Shown piece by piece: positions 37,190 to 50,970 of a DNA stretch of 64,000 bases. Source of the stretch: Callorhinchus milii (Eukaryota); assembly GCF_018977255.1 (NCBI RefSeq), contig NW_024704742.1, positions 135,472,001 to 135,536,000 of the forward strand. Reading direction: 5' to 3'. The translations under genes and the position numbers were made by a program. The notes under the pieces were generated by a model. The model saw only the letters and a program-made list of their open reading frames with translations, was not told the DNA's origin and searched no databases. How positions within the stretch are numbered: position 1 is the first letter of the stretch; every line of letters begins with the position of its first letter.

Positions 37190-37522
37190 TAGTAATATCC
37201 TTGCATTTGATATAGCGTCTTTTCATGTAGTTGAGACGTCTCAAAGCGCTTTGCAGATTATATTGTAATGTGGATTGACTGCATAGTTTGTGGGTGAAAC
37301 GGGACAGCCAAGTGCGCACAGCAGTGTCCCGCAAACAGTCGTGGATTATTACCCCCTGAAAGAGATCCACCAATGATTCGCAACCAGGTTCCTACTTACT
37401 GCTGGGAAAACCAGAGGCGTGTGGAGTAGGGAAACTTGCCTAAGGTTTCACCCTGCACGGGAATCGAACCCGGGTCCTCTCGCTTGCGAGGCGAGTGCTC
37501 TTAACCACTGAGCTACGGGACT
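37190..37522 (-). mobile_element. SINE family A
   Basis: Reverse copy with an intact tRNA-like head. Confidence 0.88.
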
Positions 37523-38569
37523 TCTTTCATCCCAGTAAACCCAACGCTGTACTCTTTCCATTGCTGCTATATCCTTCTGATAGTCGTGGAGACCGGTCAT
37601 GGCTTGACAATTACTGCAGATGTTCCTCAGTCAAACACCTTTCACCTCCCTTCCCCCTGCTCTGCCCCCACACCCACCACACATTCCTTTTCAGCCCGTG
37701 GAGCTAAGACTTTTGTGAGTCATCTCCCGAAATGAATGGAGTCTTTAAGAGACCAGGAGGGCAATGGCAGGTCAACGCTGCTCACACAAGGAGCTACTGT
37801 GCCAGATGTGCTTTACCCATTCCAGAGACAAACTCCGCACGATTTGTTCTTTTTGCTATCACTCAAAGACCTTCCTCTTCGACCGTGCTTCCCGTCACCT
37901 CATCTCCCTCCCCCACCCCACCCCAGGCTCAGCCACTGTTAAGCGCTCTCCAGACCACTGCCCCACGTAAAAGCAAGTTGTTGTTGTTCCTTCAGGTCGG
38001 GAGGATGTCTCAGAGCGCTTCCCAGGGTACTGTGAAGTGTAGTGACTGGGTGTTTTATGTGCTCACTTGGTCTTAATCATTAACACAGCCGGAAAGGAAG
38101 CTATCCGAGAAGCTACAAATTATATAAAAGCACGTTGTTGTTGTCATCGTGGGATTGTGGGACGGAGTTCCAAAGAGTGGGGGCTGAGAGGTTGAAAGCC
38201 CGGCCCCCGATGGTAGGGCGGAAGACCTAGTGTATGGTGTGCGCTGTGTGTTTGTGTGTCCGTTGTGTATGCTGAGGTGTTGTTTGTGTGTGTGTGTGTG
38301 TGTGAAGGGTGCTATATAAATGCACGTTGTTGTTGTTACTAGGTTATCCTTCGCTGTGTGGTGCGGAATGAATGCGCTGCTGTGCCTCTTGATGATGAAG
38401 TTGACGTTAGTGACAGTGCGACTCTGTGTGTGTTCGCAGTTGATCTCGAGAGCCCATTGTTGAGCCGGAGTTCATAAGAATCTTCCGTTAAGTGACTGTT
38501 GTGTCCAGGTGTCAGCCTGACTTTGGTGGTAGTGAGCTCGATACCCCACCCCCCCAACCATCCCCCAGT

Positions 38570-38667
38570 GGTTGCCGGGTGCCTGACACACGCAGAAATC
38601 CGCCCGCGTGATTAAGATGTGCATCCCACCTGCACACGGAAATCTCCCCATGTTTAGAATGTGCACT

Positions 38668-38713
<46 letters not shown>

Positions 38714-39010
38714 TTCTCTCTCTCCCCCCCTCCCCACCCCTGCTATCCCAGAGTATTAGCTGCAGGTTGGCGAGAGACAAAGTGAGCGTTGGGGGCGGTG
38801 GTGGGGGGAGAGAATGAATGGACCCCACAGCTTGCTTTTGGGAGGGTGGGAGGTCTACTGCTGAGGTCTACCCAGCTAAACCCCATAGCTTGCCATTGAG
38901 AGCACCGTCCATCAATCTTCCCACTGCGTGTCGAGCTAGGACCACCCCATCCCATTAGGCTTCGGCTGCCAGGGTTAACAAGACCCGAGTGTGAAGAATT
39001 TTTGCCTCCG
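38570..39010 (-). repeat. Family X repeat, diverged long copy with (CT)n expansion
   Basis: Reverse complement contains gtggtcctagct, aagctatg..gtttagctgg and gtgtgtcaggcacccggc, as in 24350-24720. Confidence 0.7.
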
Positions 39011-39550
39011 GTCAGGGCAGAAGGGAAGGGAGGAACGAGCGAGGAGGATTGACAGCGAAAATCAGCTGCCGCCTCACACCACTTTACAGTACGTTCCATA
39101 ATACATTATATCCTGTGAAGCGATTTGAGCCGTCCCAATGACGGGATAAGCCGCTGTATCAAACGCAAGGATTATTATCTTTATAAGAACGTAAGAAATG
39201 CCAGAAGATAAAAGGCCGAGGTCAATCTAGTTTGCCTTCCACCTTCCTGGCCGTCACAGGCACATGTGTCCCGAAGTACTTATGTTCTGTATCCCACAAT
39301 GTTATTTCCTAAAAGAAAACTATCTCATCTGTGTTTGAAAGAAATATAGATTTATACATCTATACGGTCAGGTTAAACCACTCGCCTCCTAATAATTAGT
39401 CTGTTTTTTTAAGCGTTCCGCTATATACGCACCTTGTTATCATTTGTTACTGCGTTAAACAAGGAAATAAGTGTTGTATTTAGAGGTGAGCACCAATAAC
39501 AAAAAGAACAACGACTTGCATTTATTTAACACCCCTCATACAACGTAGTG

Positions 39551-39915
39551 TGGAGTCCTGTAGCTCAGTGGCCAGAACACTCGCCTCGCAAGAGAGAGAC
39601 CTGGGTTCGATTCCCGGTAGGGCGAAATGTTGGGCAAGTTTCCTTACGCCCCTGTTTACCTAGCAGTAAGTAGGAAGCCGGTTGTTAGTCGATTGGCTGA
39701 TCGCTTTTCCGGGGGTATAATTGCTTAGAAACAAAATAATAATAATAATAATTTGGTCACTCAATCCACGGCTTTGTTTGTGGGACGCTGCTGTGCGCAA
39801 TCGGCTGCCGCGTTTCACCCACAAAATATGCAGTCAATTCACTTTACAGTATATTCTGTGAAGCGCTTTGAGACGTCCCAAAGACATGATGAGGCACTGT
39901 ATAATTGCAAGCGTA
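39551..39915 (+). mobile_element. SINE family A
   Basis: Full-length copy. Confidence 0.9.
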
Positions 39916-40487
39916 ATTATTATATATTATTATTAATATTATTATAGTGTCATAGGAGAATGCAGAACAACGCTATCGTATCTTGGAGCAACCAGAGAAG
40001 GCTGGAGTTTTTTTTTAAGTAAACCACAGCTGGGATTTTTTTCAGAGTTGAGGTTAAAAGTTTGGCTGCTCTTTAATTTGCATTGTAAAGATGCATAGAA
40101 ATAATGACGAGGCCAGAGAATGCAATCTCCATTTCAATTTTCACTAATTTCTATCGCTTCTCTCTCTTTGCTGCCCCCACTATATCATTTAATATTTTTA
40201 ATGTTGCGTCTGAAATAGATTTTTGGATTAAAATACCAGACGTTCCAAATCCTCTCCCTATTTTTTCTTCCAGCTCTTAATAAGAATAATAACAGGAGCA
40301 ATTTCAATAATAAAAAAAACTACAATTTAATCCTAAAGTGCTAAATGTGTGCACCTGTTTGTGTGTGTTGGATTTCGTGTGCATGTGTGTTGTGTGTGTG
40401 TGTTTGTGTGCGCATGTGTTGTATGGTGTATGTGTGTGTCTGTGTTTTGTGTTGCACAGTGTGGGTGTGTTGTACGGTGTATCTGAT

Positions 40488-40835
40488 GGAGTACTGTAGC
40501 TCAGTGGTTAGAGCCCTCGCCTCACAAGTTTGATTCCTGGACAGGGTGAAACATTGGGCAAGTTTCCTTACTCCACACGCCTCTGTTTACCGAGCAGTAA
40601 ATAGGAACCCGGTTATTAGTCGATTGGCAGATCGCTTTTCCGAGGGTAATCATCCCTTCCAAAAAAAATGCGGTCACTCAATCCACAGCTGTTTGTGGGA
40701 CGCTGCTGTGCGAAAATGGCTACCGTGTGTCGCCCACAATACATACAGTCAATGCACTTTGCAGTATATTCTGTGCAGCGCTTTGAGGCGTCTCGAAGAC
40801 CTGACAAGGCGCTGTATCAAATGCAAGGATTATTA
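40488..40835 (+). mobile_element. SINE family A
   Basis: Near full-length copy. Confidence 0.88.
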
Positions 40836-42374
40836 TGATTATATAATAATCATATAATTATTCTCCTGAGTATTCTTATGCAGTGGTGTGGGTGGTTAGT
40901 TGTTATGTAAATCTGTCCTTTTTAAGGAACGTCTAAGGCATAGTGGCCCTTAAATACAATACGAGTTACATTAATTTAACTTCTTTCACGTCAGGAGAAC
41001 GCATCAAAGCGCTTTATTCTACCTCTTCAACCGCATCTATCTCTCCTACCTCTCCCGCCCGCTTGCTAACCGCCCAACAAGGTCCTTGTAAAGCACTTTG
41101 AAAGGTTGCCCCACGATATGAAGGGCACTGTGTAAATGCAAGTCATCGTTGTTGTTGTTGTAGGGGTGTCTGCAGTTAAACGTTTCAAAGTGCTTTACAG
41201 GGAGGGATGCATTGGGAGTGCCTACAACCCCCACTCGCACAAGGAAGGTCGCCTGACAGCAAGTTGGTGGATCACTTTCCAGGGGTAATAATTCTTCAAA
41301 AAATAATAATAATTTGGCCACTCAATCCACGCCTGTTTGTGGGTCGCTGCTGTGCGCAATTGGCTGCCGAGTTTCGCCCCACAAAACACACAGTCACTCC
41401 ACTTTACAGTATATCCCGCGAAGCGCTTTGAGGCGTGTCAATGACGCGCGCGATAAGGCGCTGTATCAAATGGAAAGGATTATTGTTATTGTGAAGTCGG
41501 ATCACAGAACGGTAGAACTTCTCAGCCGTTGGGAATCTCAGAGCAAGTGGTAATTTCAGTAACGCACTCGTCGGGCTATTTTGTGTGGGGCGTTGCTGTG
41601 TGTAGTAACTGGCTACCGCGTTCACCTGCGAATGGGGTGTCTTTGGAGCAGGTTGACTGGGGTGATCCTGGGATCTCACATCACGTCAGTCTCTGGGGGC
41701 AGAGAGCACACTTTGCAGGGAATCAGTGAACTGATAGCAGGTGGCATCAAGTAGGGGACTTCAATATTTACCAACAAGACACTCTTTTTTTGCTTCCTTC
41801 CTTCCTTCCTTCCTTCGCTCTGAGATGCCGTACAGCGTGAAGGACGCTAAATAAATACAAGTCGTCGTGGTCCCTGTCGCTCGCTCGCTTTCTTTCTTTC
41901 AAAATATCCTCAAAATACTCAAAAATTCTTTCAAAACTTTTCCCACAAAACATGCAATCAATTCACTTTACAGTATACCCCGTGAAGTGGTTTGAGACGT
42001 CTCGATGGCGTGATAAGGCGCTATATCAAATGCAAGGTTATTATTTGTTTTCTTTCCCTCTTTCTCTCTCTCTCTCTCTCCTGCTCGCTTTCTCTGTCTC
42101 ATTCTTTGTGCGTGTGTCTTCTCTCTTAGTACTCGTCTCTATCTGTGTCTCTGTCCCCTCGCTTCTCTTTTTCTCATTGCCTCTCTTAATCACTCTTTCT
42201 GTTTCCCTCTTTTCGTGTGTCTACCTCTCTCTTTTCCTCTCTCTCTCTCTCTTCCTCTATTTCTTTTTCCCCTTCTGTCTCATTGTCTCCCTCTGTCTCT
42301 CTCTATGCCTATTGCTCATCCCCCCACCCCACCTCTCTCTCTCTCTATCAATCTCTCCGTGTGTGCTTTTACTG

Positions 42375-42930
42375 AGGGTCCTTATTAATTATCGCTCCCG
42401 TAATTTGGCGAGTTGGTCAGTCGCTGGTCCGTCGAAACAGAACGTGGCAGCCCGCGACGTGGGGTGGTGTTCCTGCAAACGCAGCGAGGTTTTTTTTTTA
42501 ATCTCATTTGCGTTCGGTTTCGTCCGACACCATCGCCACGTCGAAGAGGGAGAGAGCGAGAGAGAGAGAGAGAGAAGGGGGAAAAAAAAACAACAGCGCC
42601 GGGGAGAGATTTTCTCTGAATGTAAAATGTCGTCTCGCGAGCTGCGTGATGAAGCACACAGAGTCCTGCCGCAAGCTGCGAAGGATTTGAGCGATTAATG
42701 CTACCCCCTCGCCCTTTTTTTTCTCTCTCTCTCTCTCTCTCTCGCTCTCAGTGCTTCTTGCCATGGGGCCTTGGCAGCGCCAATGCTGTCACTGTGCCAG
42801 CAAATGTCTGCAGCCCACTCGGCTGCCAACTGCGCATTATTAGAAATCTGTTGTCAGATATCCGCAGTTCTTTTACAACGGTTCACTGTGCTTTACTGGC
42901 TGCGACGTGCAGTTGCGCTATTAACCCCTT
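42375..42930. promoter_or_regulatory. CpG-rich unique island, candidate internal promoter or enhancer
   Basis: Many CpGs relative to the flanks, GA tracts and no SINE/LINE sequence. Confidence 0.35.
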
Positions 42931-44614
42931 TTTTGTCGGGATGTGGGGGGGGTGGGGGGAGAAAGAAATAAAACGGGAGAAGGGAGGGGGAAAAAAAATG
43001 AACCACACACGCGCGCACGCATGCACACATACACAAGCACACACACACGCACGCATGCACGCACGCTCGCCCTCATACATGCACACACACAAGCACACAC
43101 GCGTTACACACATACACACGATATATACTCTCGCGCGCGCACAGAGGCACACGCACACACGCGCGCGGACGCACATATGTACGCGTTTTTAAAAAAGAAT
43201 ATTTGTCCTATTTTTTTGTAACCAGAAAAAAAACAAATTGCGTTACTGAGGCGGGGTCGTTGAGATCCGGCAGACGGCAATCGCAGTGAGCCTCGTTCCG
43301 AAGCGCACGCATATCTTGGTTGCTTCCCTCCCTCTTTCTCGCTCCCTCGCTTTCTCTCTCTGCGTCACTCTGTCTTTGTCTGTCTCTCTCTCTCTCGCTT
43401 TCCCTCTGTCACTTTCTCTGTCCCTTTGTGTCTCTTTCTATCTCTGTCTTTTTCTCACTTTCGTGCTCTGTCTCTCTCTCTCTCTCTCTCTCTATCTGTC
43501 TCTCCCTCTCTATTCTCTCTATTTTTCCCTCTATGTTAGAGTTCCATAGCGTAGTGTTTAGTGCTCTCGCCTCGCAAGTGAACCGTAGGCAAGTTTCCTC
43601 ACTCCACACTCAGTAAGTAGGAACCCGGTTGTTAGTCAATTGGCGGATCACTTTCTGGGTGGGGGGTTGGGGTATTAATCCCTCCAAATATTTCCTTTAA
43701 AAAAATTGATGACTTAATCCACGACTGTTTGTAGGACACCCCTATTTCACCCACAAATACACAGTCAATGTACCTTACAATGTAATCCCTGAAGTGCTTT
43801 GGGACGTCTCAACGATGCAATAATATGCTATATCGGATGCGAAGATTATTATTATTATAGAACCGTGTAACTCGTTGCTTGGAAGCTGTGGTTTAAAACA
43901 AAATAGCATCAAAGTAGTTAAGAGAAAACTTGTCGAATAGAGGGGTCAAGGAGAAGGGATTAGAAGGGGTGGGGGCTCTTGCAGAGTATAAACTCAAGCA
44001 CCACTGGAAATACAGTGCTCCCCTACCCAGCAATGCCCTGGAATGGCAGCCCAGATTATATAGCGTTCAAAGTCCTGAGCTTGAAAACTACAATCGCCGT
44101 TTCCCCACAGCCCCCCCTCACCCCCACAACCCCCAAATCCGACCCCTACTTCCAAAACCCGTCTAAAAACGCACCCCTTTCAGCCTCTTTTAAACCAAAC
44201 TATACTGCGGACAGGAGAGGGCAGAGTGGTGGGGGGAGGGATTTTGGAAAGTAAACCGCAATAAGCAGCACACTGGGTTGGGCTCCGCCAGTGTCAGAGC
44301 ACCCCCCCCCACCAATTTACCCCCCCCGCCCCCCACACGCGTACCCAGTGTAAGAGACAGTGGGAATAAACTACAGGATACCCCACTGTCTCTGCATTCA
44401 CTCAGTGCTCACAGGAGACATTTACCGGCTCACTCGCACCTAAGCACTCACTCGCCCCATTGTTGTGCCGCTGGTGACAATAACAACAACAGCAAAATTA
44501 TATTTATAGAGAGCCTTTCACGTCGGGAGGACGTCCCAAAGCGTTGTTACTCCCGTTACCGTTCACCATCTCAATGATCCGGGTACCAATTGTTCCAAGC
44601 GTGGACTCTGTGGG

Positions 44615-45050
44615 ATTGTGTGTGAGATTGTGTGTGTGCAATTGTGTGTGTGTGTGTGTGTAATGTCTTTTTTGTGACTGTATGCGTCTTTGACCGTGTG
44701 TGCGTGTGTATGTTCATATTTTTGTGTATCTTTCTTGTCTCTCTGGGTGAGTATGTTTGTCTATCTGTGAGGGTGTGTGCCTGTGTCTGTGTCTGTCTAT
44801 CTGTGTGAGTGTCTATTTGTGAGTGTGTGTGTGTGTCTGTCTGTCTATCTGTGAGTGTGTGTCTGTCTATCTGTGAGTGTGAGTGTGTGTGGGTATCTGT
44901 CTGTGAGTGTGTGTGGGTATCTGTCTGTGAGTGTGTGTGTCTGTCTATCTGTATGTGTATGTGTGTGTCTATCTGTATGCGTGTGTGTAACTATCTATCT
45001 GTGTTTATGTGTCTATCTGTATGCGCGTGTGTGTGTATGTGTGTGTGCGT
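44615..45050. repeat. TG/TCTG-rich simple repeat
   Basis: Mosaic of (tg)n and tctatctg. Confidence 0.85.
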
Positions 45051-45425
45051 GTTGGAGGGCGAGAGTGCTGGACTTTGTGTTGATAAGGAGTGACGATGGG
45101 TTATGGCCACAGCGCAGCCCACACTCGTGCCTTTCCCCCGAAACAAAAGTCTCAAAAGCTGAATGCAAAATAGAGTGCATTAGTGAGTACAGGAGTGGGG
45201 GGCACGGGGGGGGTGGGGGGGTGGTGGGGGGAGCTGAGAGCGATGCCGCACAAACCAACCACGCCAGCCAGCCAGCCCTGTCTAGGCACCGTCCGTCCCA
45301 TAGCATAGCAACGGGAGGAGTGGCCAATGAATTTAAGTGTGTGTATGTGTGGGGTAAAGGGGGTGGGGGGGAGGTAAATTTAGACAAGGAGTGGGGAGGG
45401 GGAGAGGAATCTAAGTCAGGATAAA

Positions 45426-45438
45426 ATGGAGGCACAGG
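45426..45438 (+). CDS. Candidate coding part of an alternative first exon (M-E-A-Q-G, phase 1)
   Basis: aaaATGGAGGCACAGG|gtaagt: strong Kozak context, consensus donor, in-frame upstream TAG (45381-45383), CCAAT at 45324-45328. Phase matches exon 51967-52025. Confidence 0.5.
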
Positions 45439-47784
45439 GTAAGTGACTGCGAGTTAGGAGCTTGTTTTGTTAGTGCATAAAGCAGAGCGCTGGCAACCCT
45501 TACCATCACCCCCCCACCCACCCTTTCCTTTCCCCTCCCTTCCCAGCTACATGCCAACCTCATCTTTAACCCCCCCCCTACTCCACTCCCCTCCCCCACC
45601 AACCGCACCCGCACTCACACTGCAGACGAGACCACCGAACACAGACGGCTGAGTTTCATCGACCCCCCCCCCCCATCCCCCCCCACCCCACCACCACTCA
45701 CTCTCGATTCGCCCCAAAACAAGAGCGAAGAACACACAACTCCACCGAAATAGCAAATTGGCAGCGGGCTGTGGGGTGGGGCGGGCGAGGGGGCTGGCGA
45801 TGGGAGAGGGGAGAGATATTTGTTTCAATGGGCATTCAGTGAAAGGTTCTGTGTGTTACCCACTCGCTTGGTACCTCGTTGGCTGTTTTTTTTTGCCTTT
45901 GGCTGAGTGTTGGAAGGTTGCCCATTGATGTCATGGAAACACTTTGAATCAGTAAGAATGATTCATGTCTCTCTGCCTTCCTTCCTCCCCCCGCCTTCCC
46001 CCCCCCACCCCACCCCCCACCACCACCACCCCCCCCCCCCCCAGCTCCTCTCCTCTCTCTCTCTCTCGCTCTCTCGCCCTCTCTTTCTCTCTCATTCTTT
46101 CTCGCTTGCTCGCTCGCTCGCACACACGCGCGCCACACAAACTCTCGCAAGCGTAAATTTTGCTTTAACCCTTCCGGGTTTCCACTTTTTTCCCGACACA
46201 CACCACACCCTCACTCCCCCCACAGCCCCCCCCCCCCCACACACACACACAGACACACACACACACACTTGGAGGGCTTATCATTCTCTTGCTGAAGCTT
46301 ATGTTGGTGAAGGGGGAGAGGGCGGTAGAGCGGGTGACAGGGAGATGGAGGGAATGGAATCATCTGTGCTGTTCACGTCTACACATCTCACCAACACAGT
46401 TTAGAGACTCGGGTAGTTATTCTGTTCAGAGTCTCTTTTCTCCTTCACTCTCTCCCTCCCTTCCTCGCTTTCTCCCTCTCTCTCTCTCTCTCTCTCTCTT
46501 TCCTTCTGTCCTTCCTGCCAAGTAAGCTGGTAGATGCAGACTCCTTTGTGCATTTCAAGAGGGATGTAGGCTGGTACACGAAGATGGGATCACAGAGTCT
46601 AAGCTGATGCTCCATTACAGAACTGGGGGGGTGGGTGTTGCATTGTCAGAGGTGCCATCCTTCGTTAAACCGAGGTCCAGTCAACCTGTTCAGATTGGAT
46701 GTTAAAGATCCCACAGCGCTATTCTAAAAGAGAAGGTAGTTTCTCTCTCTCTCCCGGTGTCCTGGCCAACATTCCCCCAAATAAATTTGGTCACTCATTC
46801 CACGGCTGTTTGTGGGACAATTGCTGTGTTCAAATTAGTTACCACAATCCCCCACAAAATACACAGTCAGTCCACTTTTACAGTATATCCTACAAAGCCC
46901 TTTTGGACATCCTCCTGACATGAGAAACCCACTGATAAATACAACAATGATCACCAAAATAACCCGAACTTTTGATGGAACACCTTACTTATCACATCGT
47001 TGAGACGTCTCAAAGCGCTTCACAGAGTATACTGTGAAGTGAATTGACTGTATATTTTGTGGGTGATTGCGCACATTTGTAAGGATTATTATTATTGCTA
47101 TCATAAATGTAGCCGATTTTCTGGTGAAATGGACACATATCCACCCGGGAGAGCATTGCCTCACTGCGTCACCCTTGACTGAGCTGGTACCACTCTCGCC
47201 TCTGAGTCAGAAGGTTGTGAGTTCAAGCCCCACGACGGGGGACTTGAGCTTACAGTCTAGGATGACATTCCAGTGCAATGCTGGAGCAGTGAGGGGATGT
47301 TCTGCATTGTCGGACGTGTCATGAATGAGATGTTAAGCTGAGCTCCCTATTCAGATGGACGTTAAATATCCCATGGCAACAACAACAAATTTATGATGAT
47401 TTATTTAGTGCCTTTCGTGTCGGGAGGACGGCTCAAGGAGCTGGACAGTCCACGGTTTACACATGAGCTGGGGTGAGGGTACGCGGGGGGGCAGATGGCC
47501 AAAAGAGGATGGTCTTGAGATGGACCTTTAAGGAGGCGAGGAAAGGGACAAGTCAAAGGGTGGAGTCCCAGAGAGTGGGCCAGATGAAATGCGTGAATTG
47601 AAAAGAGAAGGGAGTTTCTCCTGGTGGGCCCTGGCCAACAATCCTCAGATAAAATTGGCCATTCACTTCATGGATATTTTGCTGGACATCCCTGGATGCA
47701 AACTGCCTGCTTGGCAAAAACACAGTCACTTCACTTTCCAGTACATCCCGTGAAGCTCTTTGAGACATCCAAATAAGATATACA

Positions 47785-48120
47785 GTCGCATAGTGGTTAG
47801 TGCGCTCGCCTGGCAAGCGAGAGGACCCGGTTTCGATTCCCGGGCAGGGCGAAACCTTAGGCAAGTTTCCTTACTCCACACACCTCTGTTTGCCTCTCAG
47901 TCAGTGGGAACCCGGTTGGTAGTCGATTGGTGGATCACTTTCCGGGGATAATAATTAGGTCACTCAATCCACGACTGTTTGTGGACACTGCTGTGCACAA
48001 TTGACTGCCGCATTTCGACCACAAAGTATACAGTCGATTGACTTAACAATATACTCTGTGAGGCGCTTTGAGAAGTGTCAGCGATGTGGTAAGGCGCTAC
48101 ATCTTAAGCAAGGGTTATTA
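47785..48120 (+). mobile_element. SINE family A
   Basis: Head ...ttcgattcccgggcagggcgaaacc through tail. Confidence 0.88.
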
Positions 48121-50641
48121 TGATGCCGATTGTGGTATTTAGCAGTAGATTGCTCTTGGCTTGTTGGCTGGCTCTATGTTCGTCATGCCTGCGATCTGAC
48201 ACTGTCTACTCTTGACTCCTGCTGTCTGCAGAGATTAAAAACCAAGAATCCTGCTGAAAGCCAACCAAATTGGCTCCAGCCATACGTGTTAAACAAAGAG
48301 GTAACTTGAGGCTGGAGCGAGTTTTCTTACAGGAAGCAACACCTACCTCTCGGTATCGAAATAATGAGGAGAATCGACGTGCTAGATAGGGGGAACGATT
48401 CCTCGCGTCCGTCAGACGGATCGGAAATGAGAGGATGGAGTCTAAAAATTCGAGCCTTGTCCTCACTCAAGGGTTGTGAGGATGTGGAATGCACTGCCCA
48501 GATATGAGCACACCGGCAGAATCAATTGAGATGTTTAAAAGGCAGATAGGTGCACTTTTAGATGGATGTTTCACTCACAAAATACACAGTATATTCTGTG
48601 AAGCGCTTTGAGAAGACTCGAAGACATGTTAAGACGCTGTATCAAAAGCAAGGATTATTATACATGTGTTAATGACCTCATAGCACTATTCGAAAAGAAA
48701 AGGGAGTCTTTCCCTCACTGTGTCCTGGCCAACAATCCCCCAGATAAAATTGGTCACTCACTCCATGGCTGCTTGTGGGAAACTGCTGTGCGCAATTGGT
48801 GGTCGCATTTTGCCCACAAAATGTACAATTAATTAATTCACTTTACAGTACATTCTGTGAGACGTATCGAAGACGTGATAAGGCGCTAGATCAAATGCAA
48901 GGATTAATATTATTATGATTATTATCACATCATTGAGAGACTCAAAACCCTTCACAGAAGTGAATCAACTGTGTATTTATGTGATCTCCTTTAGAAGCGT
49001 GGCTGTGGTCTCAGCCTCAGAAGCCACTTGTGGGCAAAGCATCCGTGTTCATAATATCCCTGTTCCTGAAAATCAAATCAGCGCCGAGTGCTAATCCGGA
49101 GGTCAGCCGCTCCCTGTGTTACCAATTTGCCAGGCAGTGGGAATCATCTTGCACGACTTATCCTCTCAAAACCTTTTCCCAATTTTTGTGGCGTCTATTT
49201 GATTTCCTGTCACTCAACAGATTAGAACTGGTGGACCAGTGATATCATAGGGCGTTGAGAGCGAATGGCCAATTGGGATTTGGATTTGGATTGATCCCCT
49301 CTGGGTCTAGGCTCCGTGTCTGAGTTGTGCACACTCCAGTGCATTTCTGGACAAGCGTTGTCTATTCGGAGGTACCGGGCTTAATAATAATATAATAATA
49401 ATAATAATAATTGCTTTTGTTATAACGTCTTATCACGTTGTCAAGAGGTCTCAAAGTGCTTCAAAGCATGTACTGGCAAGCGTCAACTGTCGTGGACGAA
49501 GTGACCCAATTTTTTAAAATTTATTTATTTACTTATTTTGAAAGGGTTATTACTCCCAGAAAGCGATCCACCAATCGGCTAACAACCGAGGTAAACAGAA
49601 GCGTGTGGAATAATCACGCCCAGGCCCTCTCACTTGCGAGGCAAGCACACTAACATCTGTGTGAGGATGAAATGTTGAACCAAGATCCTGTCTGCCTGTT
49701 CAGGTTGATGTTAAAAATCCCATGGCACTATTCGGAGTTTCTCTCTTCCGGTGTCCTAGCCAACAATCCCTCAGATAAAATTGGTCAATCACTTCGCTTG
49801 TGTTTGTAGGACATTGCTGTGCGCAAATTGGCTACCGCATTCGCCCACAAAATACTCAGTCACTGTTCTTTACGGTAATCCTGGCCAAACAATCCTCCAG
49901 GTCAAATCGGTTGTGCACTTCATGGCTGTTTTGTGGAAGGTGGATGTGTGCTGTCTAAATATTTGTTATGGTATTGTAAAGCAGACACAATGTCTCCTCA
50001 AAGTAGGGAAAGAGGAATAATAATAATAATCCTTACATTTGATATAGAGCCTCATCACATCGGAAGGACGTCTCAAAGCGCTTTACTGTGAAATGGAGTG
50101 ACTGTGTATTTGTGGGCAAAACCGGCAGCACAATTTTGCATAGTAATATCCCATAAACAGCCATGAAACTGGTGACCAATTTTATTGAGGGGTGGAGGGC
50201 GGGGGGAACAGGGAGCCGAGTTGGGAGGGGGGAGAGTTGCGGAAGGGAGGGAGGTAATGGAAAACCTATTTATTGCTCCCATTTTAGTGATTGCATCCAG
50301 CAGTAGAAGAAAGTTAAACACTTATGGGCTGCAAAGAGCTTAATGTTTTGTGTTTGGTAAAACTCTGCACAGCCCCCTTGAGTTGAGTTACATTTTCGGC
50401 AGGACTTTGAGTGGTTTCACACATGCTAAATATTTAAACCCCGAGCAGCTGGTTTCCTTTCATCTCCTCCGCCCGCAAAGGAGAAGAGAGGCTCCCTCGC
50501 CGACACCCCGACTCCATAGCTCCTGACACACGAGGTCACCAGCCTCTACACCAATGGCACCACGTTCACCCACAAAACACACAGTCACTGCACTTCACGC
50601 TGTATCCTGTGAAGCACTTTCCCGACGGGAAAAGCGCTGGT

Positions 50642-50970
50642 GTGTCAGTCTGGCTCAGTGATAGCGCTCTCGCCTTTGAGTCAGAAGGTTTTGGGTTCAA
50701 ACCCCACGTCAGGACTTGGAATCACATAGTCTCAGCCGACATTCCAATGCAGCGCTGGGGGGGGTGTTGGCATTGTCAGAGGTGCCATCCTTCGGATGAG
50801 GCATTAAACCCAGGCCCCGGTTGCCTGATCAGGTGGCTGTTAGAAGGGAGGTTCTCCCTGTATCCTGGCCAACAATCCCCCTGATCAAATTGATCATTCT
50901 GCTTGCAGGACATTGCTGTGCGCAATTGGCTGCTGCCTTCGGCTACAAATGCACAGTCACTATTCTTTGC
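50642..50970 (+). mobile_element. SINE family B (DeuSINE-like)
   Basis: Head and Deu-type core. Confidence 0.85.

Noticed and set aside
39551..39630. tRNA-Ala(CGC)-like cloverleaf, and about 20 similar heads elsewhere
   Set aside because: Each is followed by the same SINE body and L2-type tail and carries scattered mutations, so these are SINE heads rather than tRNA genes.
41952..42698. 248-aa ORF
   Set aside because: Runs through a SINE tail and (CT)n repeat with no recognisable domain.
48231..48299. Exon-like segment cag|AGATTAAAAACC...AAAGAG|gtaact
   Set aside because: Contains TGA in the phase-1 TCF4 frame, has a modest donor and shows no E-protein similarity.
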